DNA of 5,262 nucleotides from a virus (Duplodnaviria; Heunggongvirae; Uroviricota; Caudoviricetes): IMG/VR virus record IMGVR_UViG_2526164664_000018; one strand, 5' to 3'. Shown piece by piece: positions 4,696 to 5,262 of this stretch (position 1 is its first letter; each line of letters starts with the position of its first letter). The notes under the pieces were generated by a model. It saw only the letters and a program-made list of their open reading frames with translations, ran no database searches and was not told where the DNA came from. The position numbers and the translations under genes were made by a program.

Positions 4696-4896
4696 TCATT
4701 TCTCGTTATTTGTCATGCTGGCCGGGCGCAGATGCGTTGCATCTGTTGCCAGCCTTCTCCTGCAGGCTTCAATAACCCACGCTGAAAAGTTACCGGACCC
4801 TTTATGCTCAAGGGCTATGTTGATTTGTTCAATTATGTGATTGGGGAAACGGATATTGCGGGTTGTGGTTCTGCGGGTCCGGTTTTTCGATGACAT
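4696..4896 (-). CDS. Small YlcI/YnfO-like (DUF3950-type) protein, possible ribbon-helix-helix DNA-binding protein
   Basis: 66-aa minus-strand ORF MSSKNRTRRTTTRNIRFPNHIIEQINIALEHKGSGNFSAWVIEACRRRLATDATHLRPASMTNNEK with SD GAGGA upstream on the minus strand. Basic N-terminus followed by a strand-helix pattern. Resembles E. coli prophage proteins YlcI/YnfO from memory. Confidence 0.65.
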   Translation of the reverse strand: MSSKNRTRRTTTRNIRFPNHIIEQINIALEHKGSGNFSAWVIEACRRRLATDATHLRPASMTNNEK

Positions 4897-4937
4897 TTTC
4901 TTTCCTCTGGTGACAAGTTATATGACGGGGATTTTAC

Positions 4938-5262
4938 ATGGCTGAGCTTCGTACACTCCAGAGCAGAATCAAAACACTGAATACCCGACGGGTGAATATT
5001 CTGAAGGGGGAACAGCGTCGTGTCAGTGGCAGTGCCCGGGTTTCCCTCAAGCGTCATATCTGGCTGAGGGATGCCGGGCAGTGCTGTCTCTGTGGTCGTG
5101 TGGTTGACCTCTGTGACAGTGAACTCGATCACCGCATTGCACTTCAGTTCGGTGGTGGTAATGAGGAGACGAATCTCTGGACGCTCTGTACCGAATGCCA
5201 TCGACAAAAGTCTGCTCGTGAAGCGGCGGGTGGTATGCCGGACCCGACGCTGCCGGAGGTGT
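4938..5262 (+). CDS. HNH endonuclease (5' part; continues past window end), of the type found just upstream of phage terminase genes
   Basis: ATG 4938, preceded by in-frame TGA at 4923-4925 and GGGGA at 4926-4930. Open to the window edge. His-Me finger elements are present: CCLCG …ELDHRIALQFGGGNEETNLWTLCTECH. Not in the ORF track because no stop codon falls inside the window. Confidence 0.85.
   Translation, partial: MAELRTLQSRIKTLNTRRVNILKGEQRRVSGSARVSLKRHIWLRDAGQCCLCGRVVDLCDSELDHRIALQFGGGNEETNLWTLCTECHRQKSAREAAGGMPDPTLPEV

Noticed and set aside
4833-5207. 124-aa minus-strand ORF
   Set aside because: Antisense to the HNH endonuclease ORF, which has clear His-Me finger motifs, and overlaps the YlcI-like gene start.
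1-5262. tRNA, rRNA, CRISPR array, IS element or integrase/att site
   Set aside because: No cloverleaf-like conserved tRNA sequence, no regularly spaced direct repeats with spacers, no transposase- or integrase-like ORF, and no extended duplicated flanks were seen.

Overview
This window reads as the late (lysis) region of a lambdoid, phage-21-like prophage from an enterobacterium, almost entirely on the + strand. All identifications are by eye and from memory of protein families; no searches were run. In order: the 3' end of an unidentified gene; two small hypothetical ORFs; a class II pinholin (S21-like); a SAR endolysin (R21-like lysozyme); an antirepressor gene (KilAC C-terminus) inserted between endolysin and spanins and broken by a 1-nt frameshift in an A6 run; the Rz/Rz1 spanin pair, with Rz frameshifted in a T5 run and the embedded Rz1 intact; a Rha-family regulator whose ribosome-binding site is covered by a 21-bp long-range inverted repeat; an AT-rich moron encoding a lipoprotein that is essentially a stand-alone TonB C-terminal domain; a minus-strand YlcI/DUF3950-like small gene; and the 5' part of an HNH endonuclease of the kind that precedes terminase genes. 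The most interesting candidate for an undescribed function is the Rha / TonB-CTD lipoprotein / YlcI-like accessory block between the spanins and the packaging module. No tRNA, rRNA, CRISPR array or IS element was seen.
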